Origin: an uncultured Planctomycetia bacterium
Lineage (GTDB): Bacteria; Omnitrophota; Gorgyraeia; 2-02-FULL-51-18
Assembly: GCA_964642015.1 (NCBI GenBank)
Contig: CAZXLF010000001.1
Span: 432,168-496,167 of the forward strand
Length of the DNA: 64,000 nucleotides
Reading direction: 5' to 3'
Made by a program: the position numbers and the translations under genes
Part shown: positions 10,331-20,191 of the stretch, one piece after another
Layout of the letters: every line of letters begins with the position of its first letter
Position numbering within the stretch: the stretch's first letter is position 1
The notes under the pieces: generated by a model
Told to the model about the DNA's origin: nothing
The model's database searches: none
Seen by the model: only the letters and a program-made list of their open reading frames with translations

Positions 10331-10834
10331 ATGGCCATTCACGAACCTACGCCCGTCAAGCTTTGCATTTTATCCGTGCTCGTTGAGAACCGATCGGGTG
10401 TGTTGTCGCACGTTGTCGGACTTTTTTCGGCGCGTGGATTCAATATTGATTCGCTGGCAGTGGGCGAAACGGAAGACGCGACGGCTTCGCGGATCACGCT
10501 TGTTGCGCGTGGCGATCAAAAAACTCTCGAGCAGATCAAAAAGCAGCTTAATAAGCTCATTGATGTGATCAAAGTGCTGGATCTGACGGATCAGGAGTTT
10601 GTCGACCGTGAATTGATGCTGGTAAAACTTCATACCTCACAGAAGGTTAAAGAAGGGTTGAAGACGCTGTTGCCAAAATATCGCATGGCAGTGATCGAAG
10701 AGAATCCGCAGCTCACGATCGTGGAATGCACCGAGACGAGAGAGAATACCAAAAAACTTTTTGAAGTTTTGAAAGAAATGGGTATCGCCGAAATAGCGCA
10801 AACGGGCGCTGTGGCTTTATCGAAAAAAGTTTAA
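10331..10834 (+). CDS. ilvN: Acetolactate synthase small (ACT) subunit
   Basis: [40 protein letters not shown]. Confidence 0.95.
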   Translation: MAIHEPTPVKLCILSVLVENRSGVLSHVVGLFSARGFNIDSLAVGETEDATASRITLVARGDQKTLEQIKKQLNKLIDVIKVLDLTDQEFVDRELMLVKLHTSQKVKEGLKTLLPKYRMAVIEENPQLTIVECTETRENTKKLFEVLKEMGIAEIAQTGAVALSKKV

Positions 10835-10848
10835 ACAAGGAGAACGAA

Positions 10849-11835
10849 ATGGCAAAAATTTATTATGATAATGACGCAGATCTGTCTTACATCAAAAATA
10901 AAACTGTCGGTGTGATCGGTTACGGTATCCAAGGACGCGGTCAAGCGCTCAATTTAAGGGATAGCGGCGTCAAAGTGCTTGTCTCGCAGAGGCCCGGCGG
11001 ACCCAATTACGATATGGCCAAAAAAGACGGTTTTGATCCCATTGATGCAGGGGAGCTGGCAAGGCGTTCGGATATTATCATTATTTTGGCTCAGGATCCG
11101 CTACAGTCGCAGATCTACAAGCAGTCGGTGGAGCCATATTTAACGAAAGGTAAAGCACTCGCGTTCTCTCATGGCTTCAACATCCATTTTAAGCAGATCG
11201 TTCCGCCGAAATTTGTGGATGTTTTTATGATCGCGCCCAAAGGTCCGGGAAGTCTGGTGCGCCGTCTTTACGAAGAAAACAAAGGCGTGCCGTGTCTCAT
11301 GGCGATCTATCAGGATGCATCCAAGAATTGCAAGAAGATCGCATTGGCCTATGCCAAGGGTTTGGGCGGTACAAGGGCTGGAGTCATTGAGACCACATTC
11401 AAAGAAGAAACTGAGACAGATCTTTTCGGCGAACAAACCGTACTTTGCGGTGGTGTCAGTGCGCTGATCAAAGCCGGTTTCGAGACACTCGTGAAAGCGG
11501 GCTATCAGCCGGAGATCGCTTATTTTGAATGCTTGCATGAGCTCAAGCTCATTACGGACATGATCTATGCTACTGGCATTCAGGGTATGAGAAAAAGAGT
11601 GTCCGATACGGCTGAGTACGGCGATGTTACGCGCGGTCCGCGTGTCGTGAATGAAAAGACGCGTAATGAAATGAAAAAGATCCTGAAAGAGATCCAGTCC
11701 GGAAAATTTGCGAAAGAATTTGTCTCGGACTACCACAAGGGGAAAAAGAATTTTGAAAAATGGCGTCATGCGGATGACAAGCATCCAATCGAGCAGGTCG
11801 GTACCAAATTGCGCAGCATGATGAAATGGATGTAA
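10849..11835 (+). CDS. ilvC: Ketol-acid reductoisomerase
   Basis: [36 protein letters not shown]. Confidence 0.97.
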   Translation: MAKIYYDNDADLSYIKNKTVGVIGYGIQGRGQALNLRDSGVKVLVSQRPGGPNYDMAKKDGFDPIDAGELARRSDIIIILAQDPLQSQIYKQSVEPYLTKGKALAFSHGFNIHFKQIVPPKFVDVFMIAPKGPGSLVRRLYEENKGVPCLMAIYQDASKNCKKIALAYAKGLGGTRAGVIETTFKEETETDLFGEQTVLCGGVSALIKAGFETLVKAGYQPEIAYFECLHELKLITDMIYATGIQGMRKRVSDTAEYGDVTRGPRVVNEKTRNEMKKILKEIQSGKFAKEFVSDYHKGKKNFEKWRHADDKHPIEQVGTKLRSMMKWM

Positions 11836-13392
11836 ATGAGCGATCTGAATAGAATATACATATTTGACACGACACTTCGCGACGGCGAACAATCTCCGGG
11901 AGCGAGCCTCGATGAGAATGGTAAGCTCGAGATCGCCAGGCAATTGGCTGCGCTTCGCGTGGATATCATCGAAGCCGGATTTCCGATAACATCACCGGGC
12001 GATGCGGCGGCCGTCAAACGGATCGCAAAAGAAGTGAAGGGTCCGACGATCTGTGCTTTGGCGCGCGCGGTTCAAAAAGATATCGACGTGGCCTTGGATA
12101 GCTTAAAGCCCGCTAAGAATAGTCGTCTGCATATTTTCATCGCGACTTCGGAGATCCATCGTAAGTTCAAGCTGAATAAAGCCAAAGACGAGATCATTCG
12201 TATTGCGACTTCCTCAATCAAACACGCCAAACAAAGGATCGGTGAGGTAGAATTCTCGCCCGAAGACGCTTCTCGCACAGAACCGCCTTTCTTGTATGAG
12301 GTGCTCGAAGCCGTGATTGATGCGGGCGCCACAATTTTGAATATTCCTGATACGGTCGGTTACACGACGCCTTTTGAGTTTGGAAATCTGATCAAAGGCA
12401 TTTTTGAAAATGTCCCGAATATCAACAAAGCGATTATCAGCGTACATTGCCACAACGATCTGGGGCTTGCTGTAGCCAATTCTTTATCCGCGATCAAATT
12501 CGGAGCGCGTCAGGTGGAATGTACTGTCAACGGGATCGGTGAAAGAGCAGGCAATGCCGCGATGGAAGAGATTGTCATGGCGCTGGATACGCGCAAAGAT
12601 ATTTTTCAGGGGAAATTCACGAATATCAATCGTCCCGAGATCGTGAAAACGAGCCGTCTGGTAAGTTCATTGACCGGTATTTTGGTTCAGCCGAATAAAG
12701 CGGTTGTCGGCAAAAATGCCTTTACGCATGAATCAGGCATCCATCAGGATGGTCTTTTAAAATTGAGAAAGACCTATGAGATCATGCGGCCGGAGGATGT
12801 CGGCTTTGGTGAGACGCAGCTGGTGCTCGGCAAGCATTCCGGAAGACATGCTCTCGAGAGCCGTCTTTCCAAGCTGGGGTATAAATTGAACGCCAAGGAA
12901 CTGGATGACGCGTTCAAGAATTTCAAACTTTTAGCTGATAAAAAGAAAGAAGTATTCGATGATGATCTCGCGGCGCTCATGGATACCGAGATCGCCACTG
13001 TGCCCAAGACGTACGAGCTTTTGTTTTTGAGCGTATTGACGCAGAGCAGCGAAGATCCCAAAGTCACTTTGAAGATAAAATCCAAAGGCAAGGTATTGAC
13101 CGCCTCTGGGACAGGCAGCGGTCCGGTGGATGCTGCCTACAAACTGATCGATAAAATGATCAATCGCAAGACCCGTTTATTGGATTATCAGATCCATTCT
13201 GTCACTGTCGGAAAAGATGCGCAAGGCGAGGTCACCGTGAAAGTGGAAGGCGAAGATAAAGAGGTGATCCTTGGCCAGGGACTCAGCACCGATGTCATTG
13301 AGGCCAGCGTCAAAGCTTACCTCAATGCGATCAATAAAATTGTTTATCGGCCTCACGGTTCCAAAAAAGGGCGACTATCGTACGGAGTTTAA
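11836..13392 (+). CDS. leuA: 2-isopropylmalate synthase
   Basis: DTTLRDGEQSPG, HCHNDLG, GIGERAGN, HESGIHQDG, C-terminal regulatory domain with GPVDA. Confidence 0.95.
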   Translation: MSDLNRIYIFDTTLRDGEQSPGASLDENGKLEIARQLAALRVDIIEAGFPITSPGDAAAVKRIAKEVKGPTICALARAVQKDIDVALDSLKPAKNSRLHIFIATSEIHRKFKLNKAKDEIIRIATSSIKHAKQRIGEVEFSPEDASRTEPPFLYEVLEAVIDAGATILNIPDTVGYTTPFEFGNLIKGIFENVPNINKAIISVHCHNDLGLAVANSLSAIKFGARQVECTVNGIGERAGNAAMEEIVMALDTRKDIFQGKFTNINRPEIVKTSRLVSSLTGILVQPNKAVVGKNAFTHESGIHQDGLLKLRKTYEIMRPEDVGFGETQLVLGKHSGRHALESRLSKLGYKLNAKELDDAFKNFKLLADKKKEVFDDDLAALMDTEIATVPKTYELLFLSVLTQSSEDPKVTLKIKSKGKVLTASGTGSGPVDAAYKLIDKMINRKTRLLDYQIHSVTVGKDAQGEVTVKVEGEDKEVILGQGLSTDVIEASVKAYLNAINKIVYRPHGSKKGRLSYGV

Positions 13393-13398
13393 GCGGGA

Positions 13399-13490
13399 CG
13401 ATCAGAAAAGATTTGTCATGGAGTATAGTGCAAGTTTTGCTGCCAGCATGCCGGCGGCAGCTTTGCATTTTAGAAAAATGACTTTGATCG
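13399..13490. other. Long interrupted inverted repeat in the leuA-aroE gap (candidate structured RNA)
   Basis: Nested complementary arms: CGATCA/TGATCG, GTCAT/ATGAC, AGTGCAAG/TTTGCATT (with G-U pairs), GCTGCC/GGCAGC. Confidence 0.5.
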
Positions 13491-13527
13491 ATGCTTAGAA
13501 TTTCGTACGTTTTATTTTTTAAGGGAG

Positions 13528-14403
13528 ATGTCATTGAATAATCTTCAATACACAGTCAACGCCGAAACCAGACTTTACGGCATTCTTGGAAATCCGGTCC
13601 ATCATTCTTTGTCGCCGCTGATACACAACACCCTTTTTCGGCAGTTCCAGATCAACGCAGTCTATCTGGCGTTTGAAATAGAAAAAAGTTCTCTCGGATT
13701 GGCATTCGAAGCGATCAGATCCTTTGGAATGAATGGCGCGAACATCACGATCCCTTTCAAGGAAGAAGCGATTGATTTCATTGACGAGATCCCTGAGGAT
13801 GTAGACCGCTGCATGGGTGCCATCAACACGATTGTGAACCACAAAGGTCAGCTTTACGGTTATAACACGGACGGCGTCGGGTTTCTCGTGGCATTGAAGG
13901 AAGACCTTGGCTTCAATCCCGAGGGTAAAAAAGTAGCGGTCCTGGGCGCCGGCGGCGCTGCGCGAGGCGTCATATTTGCGCTGGCGCGCGCGCATGCGGA
14001 TAGCATCATGATCCATAACCGGACTTTGGAAAGAGCCGAAGGTTTGACTGAGCTTGTTTCTAGACATTTTCCCGAATCCGATATTGAGACCATCGATGAT
14101 CCGCAAACGATCAGCGCCAGTAAACCGGATCTTGTGATCAATGCTACATCCGTCGGAATGAATTCTAAACAGTCACCGCTGGATTTAAAAACACTTTCTC
14201 ATAAAGCAAGTGTTTATGATCTTGTGTATTCACCCGCGGAAACGCCATTCTTAAAGCAGGCCAAACAGCTTCAACTGCCTCATGCTAACGGTTTGGGAAT
14301 GCTTGCGGCGCAGGCGGCATTAAGTTTTGAATTGTGGACCGGTGAAAAGGCGGGAGTGCGTGAAGCGATGCTTGAGGTGCTGAAAAAATGTATTACATCA
14401 TAG
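13528..14403 (+). CDS. aroE: Shikimate dehydrogenase
   Basis: GNPVHHSLSP, NITIPFK, GAINT, YNTDG, GAGGAAR, NATSVGM, DLVYSP. Confidence 0.96.
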   Translation: MSLNNLQYTVNAETRLYGILGNPVHHSLSPLIHNTLFRQFQINAVYLAFEIEKSSLGLAFEAIRSFGMNGANITIPFKEEAIDFIDEIPEDVDRCMGAINTIVNHKGQLYGYNTDGVGFLVALKEDLGFNPEGKKVAVLGAGGAARGVIFALARAHADSIMIHNRTLERAEGLTELVSRHFPESDIETIDDPQTISASKPDLVINATSVGMNSKQSPLDLKTLSHKASVYDLVYSPAETPFLKQAKQLQLPHANGLGMLAAQAALSFELWTGEKAGVREAMLEVLKKCITS

Positions 14404-15173
14404 CCACTGCTCTCGGTCTGATCGTGGGGAGTTTTTTGAATGTCTGCATTTTTAGGATCCCTAAAGAAGAGTCGATTGTTTTTCCCGCATCTCATTGCCA
14501 ATCGTGCAACAAACCGATCGCGCCGACGGACAATATTCCTGTGATCAGTTTCTTGCTATTGAAAGGCCAGTGCCGGCATTGCCATGCAAAGATCGATTGG
14601 CAATATCCGATGGTTGAAATTTTGTCGGCTTGTTTTTTTGTTCTTTTTTATCATTCCTTCGGATTGACGGTTAAAGGAGTCTTATATCTCATATTTGCTC
14701 TGGCTCTTTTGGTCCAAACCTTTATTGATCTGAGACATCAGATCATTCCTGACAGCATCACATTGCCGGGGATGCTCATAGGTTTGGTTGCTTCGAGTGT
14801 GTGGCCGGATCTTCATGGAGCAAATGTTTGGTGGTTGGGTGTTTTTAGATCATCGATCGGTTTGCTTGTGGGCGGAGGATTTTTTTATGTGACCGGCACG
14901 ATCGCAGAATGGGTCTTGAAAAAAGAAGCGATCGGCGGAGGCGATGTCAAACTTTTAGCGATGATCGGTGCGTTGCTAGGTTGGCGCGGAGTTGCCTGCA
15001 CGATATTCCTTTCATCTTTATCGGGTGCCATCATCGGGCTTTATTTGAAATTCGCTCACGGAGAAGAAAGGATCCCGTTCGGGCCTTACATTGCGCTCGG
15101 CGCGGTTTTGTACATTTTTTTCGGGCAGAAAATGATCTGGTGGTATGCCCATGCGGTAGGGATTTACAGATAA
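14388..15173 (+). CDS. pilD: Type IV prepilin peptidase (A24 family)
   Basis: GSFLNVCIFRIP, two CxxC pairs, ID...IIPD, GGGDVKL, IPFGPY. Confidence 0.93.
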   Translation: MYYIIATALGLIVGSFLNVCIFRIPKEESIVFPASHCQSCNKPIAPTDNIPVISFLLLKGQCRHCHAKIDWQYPMVEILSACFFVLFYHSFGLTVKGVLYLIFALALLVQTFIDLRHQIIPDSITLPGMLIGLVASSVWPDLHGANVWWLGVFRSSIGLLVGGGFFYVTGTIAEWVLKKEAIGGGDVKLLAMIGALLGWRGVACTIFLSSLSGAIIGLYLKFAHGEERIPFGPYIALGAVLYIFFGQKMIWWYAHAVGIYR

Positions 15174-15189
15174 TTAACGGAGAACACTC

Positions 15190-16314
15190 ATGTTGAGATT
15201 TTTAACTAGCGGCGAATCACATGGAAAATCATTGATAGCGATATTGGAAGGAATGGTGGCGGGGCTTGCGATCGACACCGATGAAATAAACCGCGATCTG
15301 ATGCGTCGTCAGCAAGGTTACGGCCGTGGCGGGCGCATGGCGATCGAGAAAGATCAAGTTGAGATCCTTTCGGGTGTCCGACAGAAACGGAGCATTGGCG
15401 GACCGATCGCGCTTTTGATCCCGAATAAAGATTTTAAGATCAATGAATTGCCTGTTGTCAAACGCCCGCGTCCCGGCCACGCTGATCTTGTGGGTGTCAT
15501 GAAATATGGGCAAGAAGATGTGCGCGACGTGCTGGAACGTGCCAGTGCGCGCGAAACGACAGCGCGTGTTGCAGTCGGAGCGGTATGCAAGATCTTTCTG
15601 AAGGAATTCGGTGTCGAGATATTGAGTCATGTTGTTTCCATTGGGGGTGTTACTTTTGATGCCAAAGGTATGACGTTCGATCAGATCAAAAAAGAAGCAG
15701 AAGGATCTCCAATGAGATGCGCCAGCCAGGCCGTTACCAAAAAAATGATGGCGCGCGTCGATGAAGCGAGAAATTCGAAAGATACCATCGGCGGAATATT
15801 TGAGGTGATAGTCAAAGGAGTACCGCCGGGATTAGGAAGTTTTGTGCATTATGACAGACGCTTGAGTGCCAAGCTTTGCGCAAGCCTTATGTCAATTCAG
15901 GCCGTGAAAGGTGTTGAGGTCGGCATGGGCTTCGGAGTTTCCGAAACGCTTGGTAAACACGTGCATGACGAGATCTTTCACGATAAAAAGCGCGGCTTTT
16001 ACCGCAAGACCAACAATGCGGGCGGGTTTGAGGGCGGAGTCACCAACGGCGAGAACTTGGTCCTAAGGGCCGCGACGAAGCCTTATTCTACGCTGATGAA
16101 TCCGATGCAGTCGGTGAATATTGAAACAAAAGAAAAAGAGGTTGCTACAATAGAGCGTTCTGATGTCACCGCTGTGCCAGCTTGCGGCGTGGTCGGCGAA
16201 GCGATGGCGGCGTTCGAAGTCGCGAACAGTTATTTTGAAAAATTCGGGGGAGACAGCCTTAAAGAAATATTGAGAAATTACAAAGGTTATCTTAAACAGC
16301 TCGAGGAATTTTAA
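15190..16314 (+). CDS. aroC: Chorismate synthase
   Basis: LTSGESHG, RRQQGYGRGGRM, RPGHADL, ERASARET, NNAGGFEGG, ERSD. Confidence 0.97.
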   Translation: MLRFLTSGESHGKSLIAILEGMVAGLAIDTDEINRDLMRRQQGYGRGGRMAIEKDQVEILSGVRQKRSIGGPIALLIPNKDFKINELPVVKRPRPGHADLVGVMKYGQEDVRDVLERASARETTARVAVGAVCKIFLKEFGVEILSHVVSIGGVTFDAKGMTFDQIKKEAEGSPMRCASQAVTKKMMARVDEARNSKDTIGGIFEVIVKGVPPGLGSFVHYDRRLSAKLCASLMSIQAVKGVEVGMGFGVSETLGKHVHDEIFHDKKRGFYRKTNNAGGFEGGVTNGENLVLRAATKPYSTLMNPMQSVNIETKEKEVATIERSDVTAVPACGVVGEAMAAFEVANSYFEKFGGDSLKEILRNYKGYLKQLEEF

Positions 16315-16317
16315 ATT

Positions 16318-16833
16318 TTGCTTTCGAAGAATATCGCGCTGATAGGGTTTATGGGTACCGGCAAGACTAGTGTCGGAAAGATTTTGGCGAAACGGCTCAA
16401 TCGGCCAGTCGTAGATGTTGACCAATATATCGAAGAACGGGAAAAAAGAAAGATCAGTGAGATCTTTGAGAAGCAGGGCGAGGCGCATTTCAGGGCTCTT
16501 GAAAAGGACGCGATCTTGAAAATATGTTCGCAGCAAGGCATTGTTATCACAACCGGCGGGGGAGCGGTGCTTGATCCGGAGAATTTTCAGGCGCTAAGAT
16601 CATCCGGCTGGGTGATAGGGCTTTTAGCGAAACCTGAAACGGTCTTTAAGAGAGTAAAAGATTCCCGTCATCGTCCTCTTCTGGAAGGCAAAGACAAGCT
16701 ACAGGAGATAGAAAAGCTTTTAGAGGTAAGAACGCCAATTTATGAGAGAGCGGACTTTCACTTTTATACTGATGGACAAACCGCCGCTCAGGTGGCGGAG
16801 GCTATATTGAAAACATTGGATCAAAAAGCATGA
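16318..16833 (+). CDS. aroK: Shikimate kinase
   Basis: IGFMGTGKT, GEAHFRALE, TGGG, RPLL. Confidence 0.96.
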   Translation: MLSKNIALIGFMGTGKTSVGKILAKRLNRPVVDVDQYIEEREKRKISEIFEKQGEAHFRALEKDAILKICSQQGIVITTGGGAVLDPENFQALRSSGWVIGLLAKPETVFKRVKDSRHRPLLEGKDKLQEIEKLLEVRTPIYERADFHFYTDGQTAAQVAEAILKTLDQKA

Positions 16834-17936
16834 AACAAGACAGCGATCAGCTGAAATATATGGTCGGTCTTAGTCTGGCGATGAATGTCGGCGCAGTGAC
16901 CTTTAGGAAATTGATAGAGGAATTTGGTAGCGTCGAGTCGATCTTTCAGGCCTCGCCAAAAGATCTATCGTTTATCAAAAGATTGCCTAAAACTTTATGC
17001 GACGAATTAAAGAGCGGCATTCTTATTGAAAAAGCACAAAAGGAGATCGGGGAGGCTGAGAAAAATAAAATTGATATCATCAGCATTTTAGATGCTCGAT
17101 ACCCAGATGCGCTAAAATCAATATATGATGCACCGATGGTCCTTTATGTACGAGGCTCATTTCCTGATGAGAAGATGCCAATAGTGGCTGTTGTCGGCTC
17201 AAGAAATGCGTCGTATTATGGAATTCGTATGGCCAAAAAGATCGCTGCCGATCTTTCGAAGTCCGGTGTTATTGTGGTAAGCGGTATGGCAATCGGTGTC
17301 GACAGCGCTGCGCATGAGGGGGCATTATCCGAAGATGGCATTACACTTGCCGTTCTCGGTGGAGGTCTGGCAAGGATCTACCCGTCAGAAAATAAAAAGA
17401 TCGCGGATCAAATCATCAAAAGAGGCGCGCTGATCTCAGAATATCCTTTGAACATGCCCCCTCAGCCTCAATTTTTTCCTATGAGAAACCGGATTATCAG
17501 CGGTTTATCTCAGGCAGTTTTGGTCGTGGAAGCTGGTGAAAAAAGCGGCGCGCTGATTACAGTTGATACAGCATTAGAACAAGGACGCGAAGTTTTTGCG
17601 GTACCCGGCAATGCTGACTCCAAGCATTCAAGCGGAACCAATGCATTGATCAAGCAAGGAGCCAAGTTGATCACTTGCGCCGAGGATATTTTGGAAGAAC
17701 TGGAATTAAAAAATCCGACGAACACGTGCAAAAATGATTCGTCCGATGTAAAAGTCTCCATGAATGAGGAAGAAAACCGGCTTTTTTCTTTATTGAATAA
17801 TGAACCGCTCAACATTGATACGCTGATCGAGCAAAGCGGGACCGCGCCCGGCAAAACGATTTCGAACTTGTCTGGTTTGCAATTAAAGGGCATCGTAAAA
17901 GAATTGCCAGGAAAAAATTTTACAAGAAACATCTAA
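16830..17936 (+). CDS. dprA: DNA-processing protein DprA (Smf)
   Basis: VVGSR, VSGMAIGVD, FPMRNRIISGLS, VVEAGEKSGALIT, GREVFAVPG, C-terminal winged-helix-like region. Confidence 0.96.
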   Translation: MKQDSDQLKYMVGLSLAMNVGAVTFRKLIEEFGSVESIFQASPKDLSFIKRLPKTLCDELKSGILIEKAQKEIGEAEKNKIDIISILDARYPDALKSIYDAPMVLYVRGSFPDEKMPIVAVVGSRNASYYGIRMAKKIAADLSKSGVIVVSGMAIGVDSAAHEGALSEDGITLAVLGGGLARIYPSENKKIADQIIKRGALISEYPLNMPPQPQFFPMRNRIISGLSQAVLVVEAGEKSGALITVDTALEQGREVFAVPGNADSKHSSGTNALIKQGAKLITCAEDILEELELKNPTNTCKNDSSDVKVSMNEEENRLFSLLNNEPLNIDTLIEQSGTAPGKTISNLSGLQLKGIVKELPGKNFTRNI

Positions 17937-17947
17937 AGGAAAACAAA

Positions 17948-18166
17948 ATGTCTGAAACGGCACAATACATTTCAATACAGCTCAACGGTGAAAAGCGGCA
18001 GCTGCAGGAAAATAAAACTTTACTGACTCTTTTGGCCGACCTTTCTATTCCCAAGGAAAAGGTGGTCATCGAGGTGAATCTTGAGATCATTTCCAGAGAT
18101 CAATGGGCGGACCATATTTTAAAGGAAGGCGATCAGGTTGAGATCGTACATTTTGTGGGCGGCGGC
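17948..18166 (+). other. ThiS-like sulfur-carrier/ubiquitin-like domain (residues 1-73 of TopA)
   Basis: ISIQLNGE...TLLTLLADL...VVIEVNLEII...W...LKEGDQVEIVHFVGGG follows the ThiS pattern including the terminal VGGG. There is no stop codon after it. Confidence 0.88.
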
Positions 18167-20191
18167 GCAGAAACCGCGAAGGCCCTTGTGATCGTAGAGT
18201 CGCCGGCAAAGTGCAAGACCATCCATAAATATTTAGGGAACAATTTTGAGGTTGCGGCGTCAATGGGGCATCTTATTGATTTGCCGAGAAGCAAAATGGG
18301 CATCGATATTGAAAACAATTTTGAACCCCAGTATATCGTTGTTAAAGACAGAAAAAAAACGCTTTCTGAACTTAAGAAAAAAGCCAAAAACAAAAAAGAG
18401 ATCTTCCTAGCCTGCGATCCCGACCGTGAAGGAGAGGCGATCAGCTGGCATTTAAAAAACGAACTCGGTAAAGGGAAAAAGGTCTCTCGAGTCGTGTTCA
18501 ATGAAATCACAAAGGATGCCGTGCTTGAAGCTTTCAAACACCCGTCGCATATCGACATGTGTCTGGTGGGTGCTCAGCAGGCCAGGCGTGTGCTGGACAG
18601 GCTTGTGGGTTATTCGTTGAGCCCGCTTTTATGGCAAAAGGTGGGCCGCGGTTTGTCAGCGGGCCGTGTTCAATCCGTGGCGCTTCGTCTGATTGTTGAT
18701 CGCGAGAGAGAGATACGCGCTTTCGTGCCGGAAGAATATTGGAGCATCGAAGCCGAGCTTAAAAAAAAGAAAGGCCATTCCCATTCATTTATTGCGAAAC
18801 TTGAGAAAATTAATGACATCAAGGCGGAGATCAAGAATGAGTCTGAAGCCAAAAGACTTTATGAAAAAATAAAAACGAATGCTTTTGTCGTCAAAGAAGT
18901 CAAACAGCAGAAGAAAAAAAGGAATCCATATCCACCGTACACAACGAGCAAACTTCAGCAAGCTGCTTACAATGTTCTGCGTTTCCCTGCTTCTAAAACG
19001 ATGAAGATCGCTCAGATGCTTTATGAAGGCGTTGAGATTGGGGATGAAGGCAGCGTGGGACTCATCACCTATATGAGAACGGACTCGGTGAGGATATCCG
19101 AATCCGCGCTCAAGGAGACGCGTGAGCTGATATTAAAAAATTACGGAAAAGAATATCTGCCCGAAAAACCCAATTTTTATAAGGCCAAAAAAGAGGCGCA
19201 GCAGGCGCATGAAGCCATTCGTCCGACCTCTGTGAAACGCCGTCCGAAGGACATCGAAGAATATCTTACGCCGGACCAGTTTAAACTTTACTCTTTGATC
19301 TGGCAGCAGGCCGTATCAAGCCAGATGACGCCTGCGGTGATTGCGCAAGAAACTGCTGACATTGCCGCCGGAGAACACCTATTCCGTTCGACCGGAAGCC
19401 GTTTGGAGTTCAAAGGTTGTCTTGTGGTTCAGGAAAAATCCGAGGAGCAGGACAATCCGTTGCCCCCTCTTGCTGTTGGCGAAGTTCTTGATCTCTTAAA
19501 GCTGGAGAATCATCAGCATTTTACAAAACCGCCGGCGCGTTTCACCGATGCATCGCTTGTCAAAGCGCTTGAAGAAAGGGGGATCGGCAGGCCCTCGACT
19601 TATGCGCCCATCATCCAGACTCTGACCGGAAGAGATTATATCCGCAGAGAAGGCGGAAGCTTGGTGCCTACTGATCTGGGGATATTGGTGACGGATCTTC
19701 TGGTCCAGTATTTTTCGAAGATCCTTGATTTTGAATTTACTGCGAAGATGGAAGAAGAGCTCGATGAAGTGGAAGAGGGTAAAGCCGAATGGGTGGGCGT
19801 CGTGAAAGAGTTTTACGGTGTGTTTAGCGGTCAAATGGACCACGCAAAGACCACGATGCAGACTGTGAAGCGCCAAGAAGAGCCGACAGACGAAATCTGT
19901 GATCTTTGCGGAAAGCCGATGGTCATCAAATGGGGCCGGCGGGGAAAATTCATGAGTTGCTCAGGATGGCCCGGGTGCCGAAATGCGAAGTCTATTCCGA
20001 CAGCCGTGGTTTGTCCACAGTGTCAGATTGGCAAGCTTGTTGCGCGTCGCGCGAAATCCGGCCGAGGACGCACATTTTTTGGCTGCACCAAATACCCCGA
20101 TTGCACTTTTATGACCAACCGGTTGCCAAAAGCTGAGGGGGACGCAAAAGACGCAGGGGCAGACTCGCAAGAATCGCCGGCAGCGGAGTGA
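17948..20191 (+). CDS. topA: DNA topoisomerase I with an N-terminal ThiS-like domain fusion
   Basis: After residue 73: LVIVESPAK (TOPRIM), DPDREGEAI, SAGRVQS, LITYMRTDS (catalytic Tyr), AHEAIRPT, GIGRPSTY, and two C-terminal Cys4 zinc ribbons. The dprA-topA-xerC context fits. AAGGA RBS lies just upstream of ATG 17948. Confidence 0.95.
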   Translation: MSETAQYISIQLNGEKRQLQENKTLLTLLADLSIPKEKVVIEVNLEIISRDQWADHILKEGDQVEIVHFVGGGAETAKALVIVESPAKCKTIHKYLGNNFEVAASMGHLIDLPRSKMGIDIENNFEPQYIVVKDRKKTLSELKKKAKNKKEIFLACDPDREGEAISWHLKNELGKGKKVSRVVFNEITKDAVLEAFKHPSHIDMCLVGAQQARRVLDRLVGYSLSPLLWQKVGRGLSAGRVQSVALRLIVDREREIRAFVPEEYWSIEAELKKKKGHSHSFIAKLEKINDIKAEIKNESEAKRLYEKIKTNAFVVKEVKQQKKKRNPYPPYTTSKLQQAAYNVLRFPASKTMKIAQMLYEGVEIGDEGSVGLITYMRTDSVRISESALKETRELILKNYGKEYLPEKPNFYKAKKEAQQAHEAIRPTSVKRRPKDIEEYLTPDQFKLYSLIWQQAVSSQMTPAVIAQETADIAAGEHLFRSTGSRLEFKGCLVVQEKSEEQDNPLPPLAVGEVLDLLKLENHQHFTKPPARFTDASLVKALEERGIGRPSTYAPIIQTLTGRDYIRREGGSLVPTDLGILVTDLLVQYFSKILDFEFTAKMEEELDEVEEGKAEWVGVVKEFYGVFSGQMDHAKTTMQTVKRQEEPTDEICDLCGKPMVIKWGRRGKFMSCSGWPGCRNAKSIPTAVVCPQCQIGKLVARRAKSGRGRTFFGCTKYPDCTFMTNRLPKAEGDAKDAGADSQESPAAE

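Noticed and set aside
9563-10342. 259-aa minus-strand ORF, and similar ones at 11140-11943, 13531-14106, 34822-35352 and 53608-54273
   Set aside because: They are antisense shadows of well-conserved + strand genes and have no recognisable motifs.
13429-13445. Sigma54-like motif on the minus strand (TGGCAGCAAAACTTGCA)
   Set aside because: GG-to-GC spacing is 11 nt instead of the required 10, and no minus-strand gene follows.
18155-18190. Internal GTG codons as an independent TopA start, making thiS a separate gene
   Set aside because: There is no stop after the ThiS GGG and no properly spaced SD. The GTG near 18188 would also cut into the first TOPRIM strand.
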